From an uncultured virus (IMG/VR IMGVR_UViG_3300031760_000011) (taxonomy: Duplodnaviria; Heunggongvirae; Uroviricota; Caudoviricetes), in IMG/VR virus record IMGVR_UViG_3300031760_000011: a stretch of 57,941 bases of DNA. The stretch is one strand, 5' to 3'. The notes under the pieces were generated by a model that saw only the letters and a program-made list of their open reading frames with translations, had not been told where the DNA came from and did not search any database. The position numbers were made by a program, and so were the translations under genes. Positions 1 to 10,713 of the stretch are shown here, in pieces; position 1 is the first letter of the stretch; each line of letters begins with the position of its first letter.

Positions 1-911
1 GAGCGGAGATGCTTCACATACAACTCGATGTAGCTTCTGAACTCGGCGTAACTGAATACGACGTTCCAGAACTTGTTACGTTCTTCGGCCGCCATGAGCA
101 TCTTGTAATACTTGAGGTACTCGGGATTCTCAGATTTACCGTCCCAACCATCAAAGCCTTCAGGTTTGTCCATACCAACGTTGAGGTCGAAATCTGTCTT
201 CAGCACGATATCAGAATCAGACTCAGTTTCCGCAACAGCATCAGCCATTTCGATGTACTCGGGCTTAAACATGTGAAGCAGCGTAGCGATTCCAATGAAA
301 ATCATTCCGCCATTGTCTGAGAATTTCTCATCTTTGAGATGAAGAACCAAACCGTTCATGACAGCATCTTGCGGTTCATCAGGATGCTCTGGGTCAAACA
401 ATGCAATTCCTTCAGTCTTGAAAGAATAACTGATGATATCACTCTTTTTGATTTTGAGTGACAAATTGACACGTGCTGATGTAGACCCATAATCAAACAC
501 ATCATCACCAGAGAAGATGCAGCGAGAAGCGTTGTCGCCGCCAAACTGCTTCAGCGTCTGAATCTTAGCATCAAGCTCGTCTTCAGTAACGCTGTAGTCA
601 AGTTTGATTTTGTGTTCCATATCAGTCGGATTGTCTTCAGGAACCGGTACATCTTCCAACACCCAGTGAATATTCTTGCGAGATACCGACTCGGTAATCT
701 GAATTCCGTTGCGTTCATAAACGATGATAACTGCCGTTGCTGCCTTGCACGCCTGAAACTCTGTCAGAATATCGTCAATGATTTCTGTGGTAAACTTTTC
801 AGGCGTTTTTGCAGTGAGCATAATCATGTCTTTTGTCTTGATAGGTTTTACTCCACCATTGATGATTTCATCAATGTATTTGTCGAACCTGCGACATCTT
901 ACGTCAAGCAT
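1..911 (-). CDS. Hypothetical protein, partial (runs off left edge)
   Basis: Not in ORF track. ATG at 911 with AGGAG RBS at ~921-925; frame MLDVRCRRFDKYIDEIING... stays open to the window edge. Confidence 0.8.
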   Translation of the reverse strand, partial: MLDVRCRRFDKYIDEIINGGVKPIKTKDMIMLTAKTPEKFTTEIIDDILTEFQACKAATAVIIVYERNGIQITESVSRKNIHWVLEDVPVPEDNPTDMEHKIKLDYSVTEDELDAKIQTLKQFGGDNASRCIFSGDDVFDYGSTSARVNLSLKIKKSDIISYSFKTEGIALFDPEHPDEPQDAVMNGLVLHLKDEKFSDNGGMIFIGIATLLHMFKPEYIEMADAVAETESDSDIVLKTDFDLNVGMDKPEGFDGWDGKSENPEYLKYYKMLMAAEERNKFWNVVFSYAEFRSYIELYVKHLR

Positions 912-975
912 AAATAAGTCCTCCTAAGGATACTGTGATTATTAGAATAATGTAACTTTATTCGTCAAATTAAAA

Positions 976-999
976 TCTCCCTAGCCGAAGCTAGGGAGA
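976..999 (-). terminator. Intrinsic terminator
   Basis: 10-bp stem TCTCCCTAGC/GCTAGGGAGA with a UUCG loop on the minus strand, then a T-rich tract, just after the stop at 1008. Confidence 0.85.
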
Positions 1000-1007
1000 C
1001 CGTTTGA

Positions 1008-3965
1008 CTATTTGCCAATGAGACAGAATTGAATACGCTGAACCGCTTTCGGAGAAGACTCTTTCAAGTTATAGAGTCCAGCAAGGTTGTACTTATTTCC
1101 AGCCTGCGGAAGTTCAGTCAATCCGTAGCGAGACATCGGGTATATAATCTCACAAAGGTTCTTCGGATTGATGAGGTACTCGTGGTCAATACCGTTAAGC
1201 AAAATCATCTCATTGTGTGAATTGAACGTATTGAACGTTGCTTTCATCTCGGTTCCGCCGTAATTCGGTACGTAACCCCAGTCAGTATGCATGACAGCAA
1301 TCTTGTCTGAATCTTCAGCAGTGAAGTTAATCAGAGTAAAGTTTGAATAGACAAACTCATTGAGAGAATCTTTCAAGAAGTTATCTTTTGCTTTCACAAG
1401 AGCAATGTATCTTGAAATGTCTTCACATACGATGACGTGTTTGTCTTTTGGGTCGACGTAAACCGAACCGTCAAGAATCGGGATTCCACAGAAGAGAAGC
1501 ATAAATGCTTTTGGATTGATTTCAATCGGGAAGTACATGCGCTTCGGAGGCTCAGACATATTTGTCTGCTTTCCACCTATCTCGTCGAACAGGTAAAGAG
1601 CTTTAATCTGAGTAGAAGCTTTGATTCCCTTCCAGCGGTACATTTTCACACGCATATCGTAGAACTTGTTGACTCTCGTCTCATGCTCAACAGAGTATGC
1701 ATAGATGAACGGACAGAACGGTACAGCGTCGTTGTCCTCAGTAACGAAGTTCTGAAGATAATCACCCACCATGAGCAATGTACTTGACGCTTTGTCCCAG
1801 AAGAGACGCTGCATAATGTACCCCATAACTGCAGGAGTATTCGTAGCTGTATCAGGACGTATATCTCCCAAGCGGATTGCGCACATCGGGTTGATGCTTG
1901 TAGTGTCAAATGTAACAAAGCTCGTTGCAACCGAAATCTCATCCCCGTTAAACTCAAATGAAAGTTTGCGGAGTGTAGCATAGCGAATAGCCGCGTCATC
2001 AGTCTTCCCAGCATGAACTGCTGAATATGATGAAACCCATCCTGCGTTACAGATTGAAACGTAGTCGTTCTCACCGATGCGTACAAACTTACCGTTCGCA
2101 AAGCTCGGGTTGTTCACAGTGTCAACAGACAAATCTGCAAACGCTACCTTGTGTGTTACAAGTACATCCTCACCCGTAGTCGGGTCTTTTACCAACCATG
2201 CAAATCTGCGTTCGATAAGAGTTTTGTTAGCTGTTGCATAGATGATAGTAAGGAAATAACGATTTAGATTGAATGACTGAGCATTGTAATCCAAGCGGAC
2301 CTCAACGAAGTTCTTTGAGTCAATATTAACGATGAAATCCGACAACTCAAGAGAATCCAAGTTCTGCGGAAGGTTGAATCTTGAAAGTGTATTGAATGAC
2401 GTTACAGTAGTAGTATTGTCAAACATCTTGATTTTCGTCCAGTTGAGTTCACGGTCAACATCGCGTCCGAAGACATTGAACGTCTTACCATCAGGACTTT
2501 CGCTCTCAGAATACAGATACGCAGAACGTTCGTCCATATTCATTCCGTAGTCAATGAAACGAAGATTTGTCGTCTTAATGTCGTAAACACGATTCACCAA
2601 GTCGTCAAAATCACCAGCAACGAACTTGATCTGTCCAGCGATAACTTCTCCATTTTCAACTTCGACAACTGATATAGGATTCGCAGCATTCGTTGTATCA
2701 TACACCAAACGATAAAGTCCTTTCTTATCATCAGATGTCTGAATCAAGAAGACTTCGTTACTTCCAGGAATCTTGAACGGGTACACGGAGCACTTTGCAG
2801 TATTAAACAGCGGTACTGAACCGTTGAACTCATAGAGATTCACAGAATTGAAGTTGTCGTTCGTTATAGCAAACTTATAATCTGCAGTAATTGAACCCGC
2901 ATTGTCCTGCATGAAAATTGCGAAACGTCCTTCATCATTCATAGGAATGATAATATAACGGTTATCAATCGTTACATCAGTTGCTCCTACACGGAGTTTC
3001 GGAAGAGTTTTCGCAGTCCATACTGGAGTTCCAGAAACCACAGACTGAATTGTGGCGAAGCGGATTTTTTCTTCTTTAGTATTGTAACCGTATATACGCC
3101 CATTGTGTGTAAACCAGAACCATCCGAGTTGAGGACGCATGTCGTAATATGTCTTTGATTTCGCTTCTGCAGTCAAATCAGCAATCGAATCGACGTCTGA
3201 TTTAAGAATTGCGTTCTTGACAAGAATCGTTCCGGGCAAAGACCATTTATCAGTCTCTACTTTCTGCTGGAGGAAGTCGTTTCTCATAACAGAGCACATC
3301 TCCAAACCATCCCGAATCCACGCAGTCTTGTCATCGTGATTATCATGAACAAGCGGAACGAGCAAGCTGTTGAGTGTAGTCAACGCATTGGTTGGATAAC
3401 CGTCTCTAAACTTGAGACGAATGTCACTCATCATATGACGCATCGAGAAATCCAGCTCGGGATTAAGCATACTTCCTTGAGAAATCTGAACTTCTGTATT
3501 GGTTCCACCAGAGCATTTCAGGGTTTCTTTTGTGACGAACGCAACGTCCCCGTCATTCGGAGCAACCCAATACTCGAAACCGTCTTCATCAAAGAAGACA
3601 ATCGTTGGTATGATGAGTTTGTCAACCTGAGATGCAAGGAAGTTCTCAGAAGCAAATGCACTGTCGCAGCATTTCTGGACGACGTCGCGAGTTACGTTTC
3701 CGTCTTCGTCGATAGTAGGAGTAGTGATTCCGTAACGCTTACCTTCAGCAGTTGCTTTCTGCAAATCAACCCAAGAAGCGAGACCTTTATTTGCTCCGAC
3801 CTTATAAAAGACATACATAGGAGGCTCGGTTGAAATCATTGCCGAGACCACGTTTTTCATTTTATTGTAGAACGACCAACTCATAGCCAATGGCATACGG
3901 TTCTTCCATACAAACATGACCGAATCTGCGTCTACAGTTGTCAAATTGACTCTGTACGATTTCAT
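1008..3965 (-). CDS. Large hypothetical protein, probably virion/tail (beta-rich)
   Basis: Long ORF. Start moved from 4040 to MKSYRV (3965; 3971 is an alternative) because AAGGAG lies at 3973-3978 and a terminator lies at 4001-4026. Function inferred from the neighbouring structural genes only. Confidence 0.6.
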   Translation of the reverse strand: MKSYRVNLTTVDADSVMFVWKNRMPLAMSWSFYNKMKNVVSAMISTEPPMYVFYKVGANKGLASWVDLQKATAEGKRYGITTPTIDEDGNVTRDVVQKCCDSAFASENFLASQVDKLIIPTIVFFDEDGFEYWVAPNDGDVAFVTKETLKCSGGTNTEVQISQGSMLNPELDFSMRHMMSDIRLKFRDGYPTNALTTLNSLLVPLVHDNHDDKTAWIRDGLEMCSVMRNDFLQQKVETDKWSLPGTILVKNAILKSDVDSIADLTAEAKSKTYYDMRPQLGWFWFTHNGRIYGYNTKEEKIRFATIQSVVSGTPVWTAKTLPKLRVGATDVTIDNRYIIIPMNDEGRFAIFMQDNAGSITADYKFAITNDNFNSVNLYEFNGSVPLFNTAKCSVYPFKIPGSNEVFLIQTSDDKKGLYRLVYDTTNAANPISVVEVENGEVIAGQIKFVAGDFDDLVNRVYDIKTTNLRFIDYGMNMDERSAYLYSESESPDGKTFNVFGRDVDRELNWTKIKMFDNTTTVTSFNTLSRFNLPQNLDSLELSDFIVNIDSKNFVEVRLDYNAQSFNLNRYFLTIIYATANKTLIERRFAWLVKDPTTGEDVLVTHKVAFADLSVDTVNNPSFANGKFVRIGENDYVSICNAGWVSSYSAVHAGKTDDAAIRYATLRKLSFEFNGDEISVATSFVTFDTTSINPMCAIRLGDIRPDTATNTPAVMGYIMQRLFWDKASSTLLMVGDYLQNFVTEDNDAVPFCPFIYAYSVEHETRVNKFYDMRVKMYRWKGIKASTQIKALYLFDEIGGKQTNMSEPPKRMYFPIEINPKAFMLLFCGIPILDGSVYVDPKDKHVIVCEDISRYIALVKAKDNFLKDSLNEFVYSNFTLINFTAEDSDKIAVMHTDWGYVPNYGGTEMKATFNTFNSHNEMILLNGIDHEYLINPKNLCEIIYPMSRYGLTELPQAGNKYNLAGLYNLKESSPKAVQRIQFCLIGK

Positions 3966-4000
3966 ATTCATACTCCTTAAAGTAAGTGTTTGCCAAAGAA

Positions 4001-4026
4001 AACTCCGCTGATTACTCAGCGGAGTT
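4001..4026 (-). terminator. Intrinsic terminator
   Basis: 11-bp stem AACTCCGCTGA/TCAGCGGAGTT followed by TTCTTT on the minus strand. Confidence 0.8.
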
Positions 4027-4032
4027 GTCATT

Positions 4033-5751
4033 TTATGCAATATTCATGAAGTCGTGTTCGACAGAGATGAACGCCGGAACTGCGCCAAGAGTCTTCACGA
4101 CGCGCTCACCATCAACAGTAGAAATCTTCTCGAAGATGATAAGAACGGGATATGGAATCTCGTCGTTGTCTGACTTATACGCATCAAGGCGTGCAACTGC
4201 ACCGTTCGGTTCGTCAAACATGAATCCGTCGATGGCCTGTTCCAACGAAACAGGACCATCACAGGTATACATGAATGACGGCTTGATAAGAGAACGAATC
4301 TCGATATGAGTAGGCTCATCCGCGCCAACTGTACCGAGTGTGCGGAGTGCATCTACGCTACCCTTCTGGTGACAGTTAGGAGTGTAGGTGTCTGAAACGT
4401 TGCTTGAAACCATCGGGTCTGCGTTGACACGCATCCAACGAGACATGTTTCCGTTGATTGTATCAACCTGTACAACCGGTGTGTAAGTCAACGGTGAAGC
4501 TGACTTGTAGTTGTCGCCTCCGTGAGTAAGCCCGTACTTCGTAATCTGATGATGCGGGTCCGCTCCAAGGCAGAGGTCAAGCACTTCGTCGAATGTATCC
4601 GAACCATGTCCAAGCCTGAGCTTGAGCGTAACCTGCTGCTCGGCGTCAAACTTATTTTCGATGAGGTTCTGAACCGTGAGCTTGTCAGAGTTGCCGACAT
4701 ACTCAATGCGGTTCTCGTACTGTGCAAATGTCTTGAGTGACAGTTTGTCAGAGGAACCAACCTTGGTGATGTACGGAACCGGAATAAGAGCTTTCGGACT
4801 ATCGAATACATCTTCTACAATCTGAATTGTAAGCTCAGCATCAATGCTCGGTCCGTTGATAGTGTCAGGCACTTCACCAACGAAGTATTTGGCTGTAACA
4901 GTGATTTCGTCACCGACGTTCTTCTCGCTGAGGTCTGTTGTAGACCAGTTGAATACAAGGCGAGGATTTGCAGAACCCTGGTTGTTGATGAGTCTTGAAG
5001 AACCATCACTATACCCTGCTTCAACCCAGAGGTCGATATCAGCAATAGTCTGACCCTTGTACAAGAATCCCTTAGTTGTACCAGAGAAATCCTTTTCCTG
5101 CGTAGCATGAACGACAATCTTTGTTACGTTGTATTCAGGTGTAGAAGCGAACGACAAAGATTCAACTTCAATTACCTGTGCAGACATTGACGAGATAAGC
5201 TTACGCTCACTGTCGAAGAAGTCGATGAAATACAGTTTTCCTTCAACGACTTCTGTCGGTGTGTGGAGTGATGCCTCCGCAGCTTTGCCTGTGTACTCAA
5301 CACCTTCAACCGTCGTGTCGTGAACTACATCGACCAAGCTGTTTTCCACAGAGCCATTGTGAATAGTTCCGGTAAGATACTCAGAGTTTCCAGCAGAGTT
5401 TGTTCCTCTGAGTGCCCAATAACGAACTCCTTTCGAGAGTCTAAGCATTTCATCAAGGCGAACTTTACTGTCACTCTTGTAGACCTTATATACGTCAGCG
5501 TTGTTGACGTACGCAGCAATCGGGCTTGCGCTGGTAAGCTCTCTAAGAGACTTAATCTCATTAAGAAGCCCAGCCGTCGCCGAAGTCAAGATGACTTTCG
5601 TCGGATTTTCAGGGTCAGTTTTTGCTACGTAGACATCGCCAGTTTCTGGGTTTACAACGAGCTCACCGTCTACGGCAAAGTCTTTATTTTTCAAACGAAG
5701 CGGGATAAACTTATATCTGTGCTTATCCCCAGTAATTTCTTCAGCGTACAT
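4033..5751 (-). CDS. Putative virion structural protein with an Ig-like segment
   Basis: 572 aa, GGAG RBS. Beta-rich, with VEAGYSDGSSRLI resembling bacterial Ig-like domains. Co-oriented with baseplate-like genes. Confidence 0.55.
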   Translation of the reverse strand: MYAEEITGDKHRYKFIPLRLKNKDFAVDGELVVNPETGDVYVAKTDPENPTKVILTSATAGLLNEIKSLRELTSASPIAAYVNNADVYKVYKSDSKVRLDEMLRLSKGVRYWALRGTNSAGNSEYLTGTIHNGSVENSLVDVVHDTTVEGVEYTGKAAEASLHTPTEVVEGKLYFIDFFDSERKLISSMSAQVIEVESLSFASTPEYNVTKIVVHATQEKDFSGTTKGFLYKGQTIADIDLWVEAGYSDGSSRLINNQGSANPRLVFNWSTTDLSEKNVGDEITVTAKYFVGEVPDTINGPSIDAELTIQIVEDVFDSPKALIPVPYITKVGSSDKLSLKTFAQYENRIEYVGNSDKLTVQNLIENKFDAEQQVTLKLRLGHGSDTFDEVLDLCLGADPHHQITKYGLTHGGDNYKSASPLTYTPVVQVDTINGNMSRWMRVNADPMVSSNVSDTYTPNCHQKGSVDALRTLGTVGADEPTHIEIRSLIKPSFMYTCDGPVSLEQAIDGFMFDEPNGAVARLDAYKSDNDEIPYPVLIIFEKISTVDGERVVKTLGAVPAFISVEHDFMNIA

Positions 5752-5763
5752 ATCTCTATTCTC

Positions 5764-8700
5764 CTACGCAATTTTATTTGAATCGAATACGACGTCTTCA
5801 TCGTCGCGTTCGTCCGTAAACGGTTTATTTGCATCAAGCATAATTAGCTCATGTTGATACAGATATGGTTCCATAACCGATTTGATATTTTCCTGTTCGA
5901 TGAACTTATTAGCATCCATTACGTCTTCAAGCTCGGTGTGAACCTGCCTGAGAAGCTCAAGAATCTGAGCCGACGTTCTGTAGTTAAGGTTAGCATCAAA
6001 TTGGAAGCATTCACTGATAACTGAACGTTCAGCATTTGCATCAAAGATAACCAAACCAGTTCTTCTAACTTCTGACGGAATCAATACCGCATATTCATCC
6101 GAGTAGATATCTTTCAGCTTATTCGCATCAAATACCTTAGACATCAGGTTTCTGTCAGCATTGAAATCACGAACCAGACGGTCGTAGAACGGGTCAGTTA
6201 CTCCTTCTGGAAGTTCATGCTCTTCATCCTCAGGATTCCCTTCATCACCTTCATGAAGCTTTTTGTACGTCTCGATAGCATCATCGGTATACTCTTCTCC
6301 GTCGCCGGAAGTATCATCAAACAGCATTCCGTCAGTCATACGTGAGATATAACCGTCAAATCCTGCAGCGTTGAACGCTTCATAGATATTGAGGTACTTA
6401 CTGAGCAAACCAATGTCGATAGACAATCTACTTACGATAATAACGTCATCATAAGGAAGCGATTTCTTGATACGGATAAGTTTGCTTGAAATGATGTCGA
6501 TATCATCGTATCCGAGTTTCTCACCATTTACAAATACGTCCATGTAGTCCATATCAAACGGAATCGAAAGATTCGGAAGATACATCAAGCCCCACTTATT
6601 CATTGAAGTAAGACTCTTGTATGAAGCAAGCCATCTGTTCTTAAGTCCAGAAATCTCAACCTCAATTACATCCGTTGAATAGATGCGACGATTAAAAATC
6701 ACTGAACTTGACGTTACTGTATTGTCATCTGCTGGAGTAAGGATAGAGTAATCGAATCGAGGATTAAGCAATTTACCATTGACAAATACTTTTACAAGAT
6801 ACTTGTCAAAAATCATCGGCAGAACCTCACCATCCAGCATATCGTTCAACACAACACGGAACTTTGACGAAGCGTCATCGCTCATTGCAATATTGAACGT
6901 TTTATGAATGAAGAACTGAGGATTCACAATACAGACAACATCATTCTTCCTGAGATTTGAACCTTCTGGAATCGTAAGCACTAGCTTTTCAACTCCACTT
7001 ATCTCACGACGTTCAATCGTGTAGTTAATAGGTTCAATGAACTCATAGAAGACTTCTGCGCCGGGGATATTGAGGTACGTCAAATCAGAACGTGCTGACT
7101 TATCGGGAATCAATCTGAAAAGACGAAGCTCAGAAGCTTCATACATCTCAGACCAGCGTTTTGTAATCTCAGCATCAGGAATATCGTCAAGAACGATTTC
7201 CAACTCTGCTCCAGACACAGGGTCATCAGTAAGCTTAAATCTGAGGAAGTTCATTCCCCAGTTATTCGGATAAGAACGATATACCTTAAGGTAATCACGT
7301 CTATCTTCAGTAGTTACTCCAAGAGAAAAGAGTCTAATTGGGAAGTTTGCATAATCCGCACCGTGCTTCACATCGTACGTTATCACAGAATCCAGAACTT
7401 TTTTGCTGTTTACATAGGCTTCAAGATTTCTGGTATTTCTATTGAGTGAATCAACGTAATTGGTATCAAGCAACAGATGAACCTGCTCATTTTCATGAAC
7501 TCTTCCGTTACGGATAATCTCGTACTCTTCTTCCTCGATACCAAAATATCTTAGAATCTGACGTACGTACAGTGGGTTTTCCTGAATGATTTTGCCGAGT
7601 CTTTCTTCGAACGTTAAATCGAACTTATCATTCGTATCTACGAGGTACAGCTTCGTCGGCGGGAATACTAGATTGTCTTTTTCAATGAACGGCGGTTTGA
7701 TAACGATATCGTTTAAGTCGTCTTCACGTTCAACCGTTCTGAAAAATTCTTCATCAGTTACCCAACGCTCATACTGAATGAAATCGTCAATGTAATCAAT
7801 GATAGACTCAAACGGTATACCGCTGTCTGAAACAACAATCTCGGTCTTATATGACAGTTTATCAGGGTCAACACCTGCCAGCATGAAATGACGATATGTC
7901 TTTTGCTGAATGATTATAGAAGGAATCCTGAGACCATCGACGTAGATGTCACACATATTTGCGAACACCGCGTTCTTTATTAAAGTTTGGTCGTCTGCCA
8001 AAAAGTAAATCCACAAATCACCATTCTTACGGGAAAGCCAGTGATTGTTTGTAGACTTAATCTGATGCGACGAATCGAAGATTATCTCAATCTCAGACTC
8101 ATTTGGGACGATTGACGTGAACTGAATGGAGTACATAACAGACGTTTCTGAGAGTGTCTCGATATTAAAGAGCTCATACTCATCATCGTTCATGTGTACA
8201 CCATCAATCCACACGTCAATGTGACATTTATCATCGTTCGGCACTCTTATCTGAGTTACCGTGGTAGATGACGACTTTGCGAGATACTTCGAATAGTAGT
8301 TTTTGTTAGAATAGTCTTTCTTCACAAGAACTAAGTCGTTTGGCTTATTCATCGAAAAGTAACGTGTTGGAATGAAGATATCAGTTCCAACGTTTGTTGC
8401 ATAAATGTAAATCGTAGCGTCAGGAACCTTATATCCATTCACGAACACCATACATCCACAACGATACTTTGAGCATCTCTCAGAAAGAACTTCGATAGCA
8501 GGTCTTTCACCAGCTTTAAGTTCATTTGTATTGTAGAACTTGGTTGGTGTTGAGAAGTGAAAAAACTCCTTAGACACCGTGTTTGAAGGGACAGTGATGT
8601 TAATACCACTGATGGCTTCGACAGAGTTATTTACCAACACCAGATTTTCGTTTTTCAATGTGTCATAACTCAAACCGAGCTTGTGATATTCTCTCACTGC

Positions 8701-8790
8701 TGAGGATTCTTGAAGACGCTGAATTTTGACAGTATCGAGAATATTCTTCTCTACAAAGTTGACAAGGTCTTCAGTTATGATAGGATTCAT
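5764..8790 (-). CDS. Putative baseplate/tail structural protein
   Basis: ~1008 aa, start MNPIITED with GGAGG RBS at 8796-8800. Repeated VFVNG/VWIDG/IYVDG/AYVNS beta modules are typical of jumbo-phage tail/baseplate proteins. C-terminal DAN repeats. Confidence 0.6.
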   Translation of the reverse strand: MNPIITEDLVNFVEKNILDTVKIQRLQESSAVREYHKLGLSYDTLKNENLVLVNNSVEAISGINITVPSNTVSKEFFHFSTPTKFYNTNELKAGERPAIEVLSERCSKYRCGCMVFVNGYKVPDATIYIYATNVGTDIFIPTRYFSMNKPNDLVLVKKDYSNKNYYSKYLAKSSSTTVTQIRVPNDDKCHIDVWIDGVHMNDDEYELFNIETLSETSVMYSIQFTSIVPNESEIEIIFDSSHQIKSTNNHWLSRKNGDLWIYFLADDQTLIKNAVFANMCDIYVDGLRIPSIIIQQKTYRHFMLAGVDPDKLSYKTEIVVSDSGIPFESIIDYIDDFIQYERWVTDEEFFRTVEREDDLNDIVIKPPFIEKDNLVFPPTKLYLVDTNDKFDLTFEERLGKIIQENPLYVRQILRYFGIEEEEYEIIRNGRVHENEQVHLLLDTNYVDSLNRNTRNLEAYVNSKKVLDSVITYDVKHGADYANFPIRLFSLGVTTEDRRDYLKVYRSYPNNWGMNFLRFKLTDDPVSGAELEIVLDDIPDAEITKRWSEMYEASELRLFRLIPDKSARSDLTYLNIPGAEVFYEFIEPINYTIERREISGVEKLVLTIPEGSNLRKNDVVCIVNPQFFIHKTFNIAMSDDASSKFRVVLNDMLDGEVLPMIFDKYLVKVFVNGKLLNPRFDYSILTPADDNTVTSSSVIFNRRIYSTDVIEVEISGLKNRWLASYKSLTSMNKWGLMYLPNLSIPFDMDYMDVFVNGEKLGYDDIDIISSKLIRIKKSLPYDDVIIVSRLSIDIGLLSKYLNIYEAFNAAGFDGYISRMTDGMLFDDTSGDGEEYTDDAIETYKKLHEGDEGNPEDEEHELPEGVTDPFYDRLVRDFNADRNLMSKVFDANKLKDIYSDEYAVLIPSEVRRTGLVIFDANAERSVISECFQFDANLNYRTSAQILELLRQVHTELEDVMDANKFIEQENIKSVMEPYLYQHELIMLDANKPFTDERDDEDVVFDSNKIA

Positions 8791-8804
8791 AAGAACCTCC
8801 AACG

Positions 8805-9758
8805 TTAAGAATAAATCGAAGATACCAGTTTCAGCATCTTGTCGATATCTTTTGCTTGTGTTTTCTGGATAATAATGTCATTAGCCATCTTACCAGAAAC
8901 ATACGCCGAGATAAGCATCATAAAAAAGAATGGCAAGTAGTCGATGGCAGCAACGATTTTGCCACCGTAGATTCTTCCGAACTCTGATACATACTCAAGC
9001 GCTTTCACGTTTTCCATTCCGCGAACTGTCTTGTTGACTCCATCAATGAAGTCTTCAAATCCAGTATACTGAGGCTTCAACTTAGCTATTTCCTCAGACG
9101 CTTTATCAGCGACATCTTTATCGAGAATTGCAGGAATGGTCTTTGCAATATCCCGAGCGTAGGTCGATTCTGTGAAGTAAGAAGCAAAAAAGTATGCTGA
9201 GTTTACCAGCATCTTTGTCTGAGATTCAAAGTAAGAACCTACCGAATACTTCGAATCCATAATCTTATACATTACATTGGCGTAGATATTCGCCATGAGC
9301 TTAATGAAGCTAACGTTCGCTTTGATTTTCGTTTCATTCTGAAACCATCTTAGGTAGAACCAAGCACAGGACATCAGCGTTACAAGTACCGCTTTATCAA
9401 TATCAAGTTCAGACATTTTTCCAAACTTATCAATCTTGATTCTACTGAAAGGGGTTACATTGATTCTTGCAACGACTTTATTCGCAGTCTTATCTTTCTG
9501 AAGAATTACAGGAACTGCTGTCGGGAACGCAAACTCTTTGTCAAGCACAAACATCTGGATTTCTCCAAGTTTATATGCATCGACAATAGCCTTCTTAATC
9601 GGAAGACTTACGGTCTTCTCAATATCAAGAATATGCAGTTCAAGCAATTCTTTTGGAATGTCTGTAGAATGTCCAGAAAGGTCGGAAATGCGTTCTTTAA
9701 TGTGATATCCTTTATCACACAAGCCGAATGTGTATGTTTTGCTATACAAAAGCGGCAT
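8805..9758 (-). CDS. Hypothetical protein (helical; first gene of the structural operon)
   Basis: 317 aa ORF, GGAGG RBS, preceded by AACA-N6-TA. Confidence 0.75.
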   Translation of the reverse strand: MPLLYSKTYTFGLCDKGYHIKERISDLSGHSTDIPKELLELHILDIEKTVSLPIKKAIVDAYKLGEIQMFVLDKEFAFPTAVPVILQKDKTANKVVARINVTPFSRIKIDKFGKMSELDIDKAVLVTLMSCAWFYLRWFQNETKIKANVSFIKLMANIYANVMYKIMDSKYSVGSYFESQTKMLVNSAYFFASYFTESTYARDIAKTIPAILDKDVADKASEEIAKLKPQYTGFEDFIDGVNKTVRGMENVKALEYVSEFGRIYGGKIVAAIDYLPFFFMMLISAYVSGKMANDIIIQKTQAKDIDKMLKLVSSIYS

Positions 9759-9793
9759 AATTTCCTCCTGTTCTCCATATGAAAATACGGAGT

Positions 9794-9805
9794 TAAACCA
9801 TTGTT
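9794..9805 (-). promoter_or_regulatory. AR9-late-type promoter motif AACA-N6-TA
   Basis: Minus strand AACA ATGGTT TA upstream of 9758; one of 14 copies. Confidence 0.7.
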
Positions 9806-9837
9806 TTTATACTGAAATCTTAGGGTAAAAAATAAAG

Positions 9838-9857
9838 AGCCCGCCATATGGCGGGCT
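9838..9857. terminator. Palindromic terminator
   Basis: Perfect 20-bp palindrome AGCCCGCCATATGGCGGGCT, with a T-tract on the minus side. Confidence 0.8.
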
Positions 9858-9862
9858 TCTTG

Positions 9863-10384
9863 TTATGAGCAGTTACCTGTGATGATGAATGCCAACGTAT
9901 CGTTGAACTCAGGACCGCAGATTGAAGTACCGGTTACTTTAACGGGCAAGATTCCTTCGAAGATGTTACCATACATCTCCTTCGGAATTGTAAACTTGAG
10001 TCCTGGGTCAAGGTAGATACCAGCATTCTTTTCTTTGCGATTAAATAATGCTGTCATTTTTTCAACGTAAGTCTTTACGATGTTTGGATTCTTGGAATAA
10101 TCCAATTCCTTACATCCGAAGATGTGGTCGTTACCCTCACGCAGAGGAACTGCATAGTTAAACAGCAGAGGAATGTACCAACCTCTGATTTCGGTTGTGC
10201 GTACGATAGTTCCTCCGTAACGCACACGATACGTTATCGGTGAACTTTCATCTGGAACAAGAAGTACATGAGCGCAGATGTCGCGGGTTTTAATAACCCT
10301 ATTCTGTCCATTCATAAGCTCACGTTTCTGCTCACGAGTATAACCTTCAATGATATACTGAAGGTCAATGACTTGATTTGACAT
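9863..10384 (-). CDS. Hypothetical protein
   Basis: 173 aa ORF with GGAG RBS, in an operon with the RNAP beta'-N gene. Confidence 0.75.
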   Translation of the reverse strand: MSNQVIDLQYIIEGYTREQKRELMNGQNRVIKTRDICAHVLLVPDESSPITYRVRYGGTIVRTTEIRGWYIPLLFNYAVPLREGNDHIFGCKELDYSKNPNIVKTYVEKMTALFNRKEKNAGIYLDPGLKFTIPKEMYGNIFEGILPVKVTGTSICGPEFNDTLAFIITGNCS

Positions 10385-10392
10385 AATTTCTC

Positions 10393-10704
10393 CTATTCAT
10401 TATAACCATCAAAGTTATCGGTGTCATCATAAGATTCAGATACTGTATCGTCATTGAGGTTATTATCATCAAATGATTCTTCGATGTCATCAAAGATTTC
10501 ATCTGTAGCTAAACCATTAGTGATATAATCTCTTATTTTACCAGTGAGATTGATATATTCGCCGTCCGACAAACGAGACTTTGCAAACTCAATCTGCTCG
10601 ATAATCGTTTTCTCAAAGAACTCGGAGATTATTTTATCAACCTCAGGATTCTTTTCATCAATAACCTGTTCTACAGGTTCATCTGGTTGTTTGGGAACTA
10701 CCAT
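10393..10704 (-). CDS. Small acidic hypothetical protein
   Basis: 103 aa, D/E-rich, AAGGAG RBS overlapping the upstream stop. Confidence 0.75.
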   Translation of the reverse strand: MVVPKQPDEPVEQVIDEKNPEVDKIISEFFEKTIIEQIEFAKSRLSDGEYINLTGKIRDYITNGLATDEIFDDIEESFDDNNLNDDTVSESYDDTDNFDGYNE

Positions 10705-10713
10705 TACAACTCC

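Noticed and set aside
3966..4040. ORF-track N-terminal extension of the 1010-aa ORF (similar over-extensions at 12342, 24283, 35868, 38369, 39030, 52556)
   Set aside because: The extensions cross terminators, promoter motifs or neighbouring genes, and a strong RBS sits before a downstream ATG.
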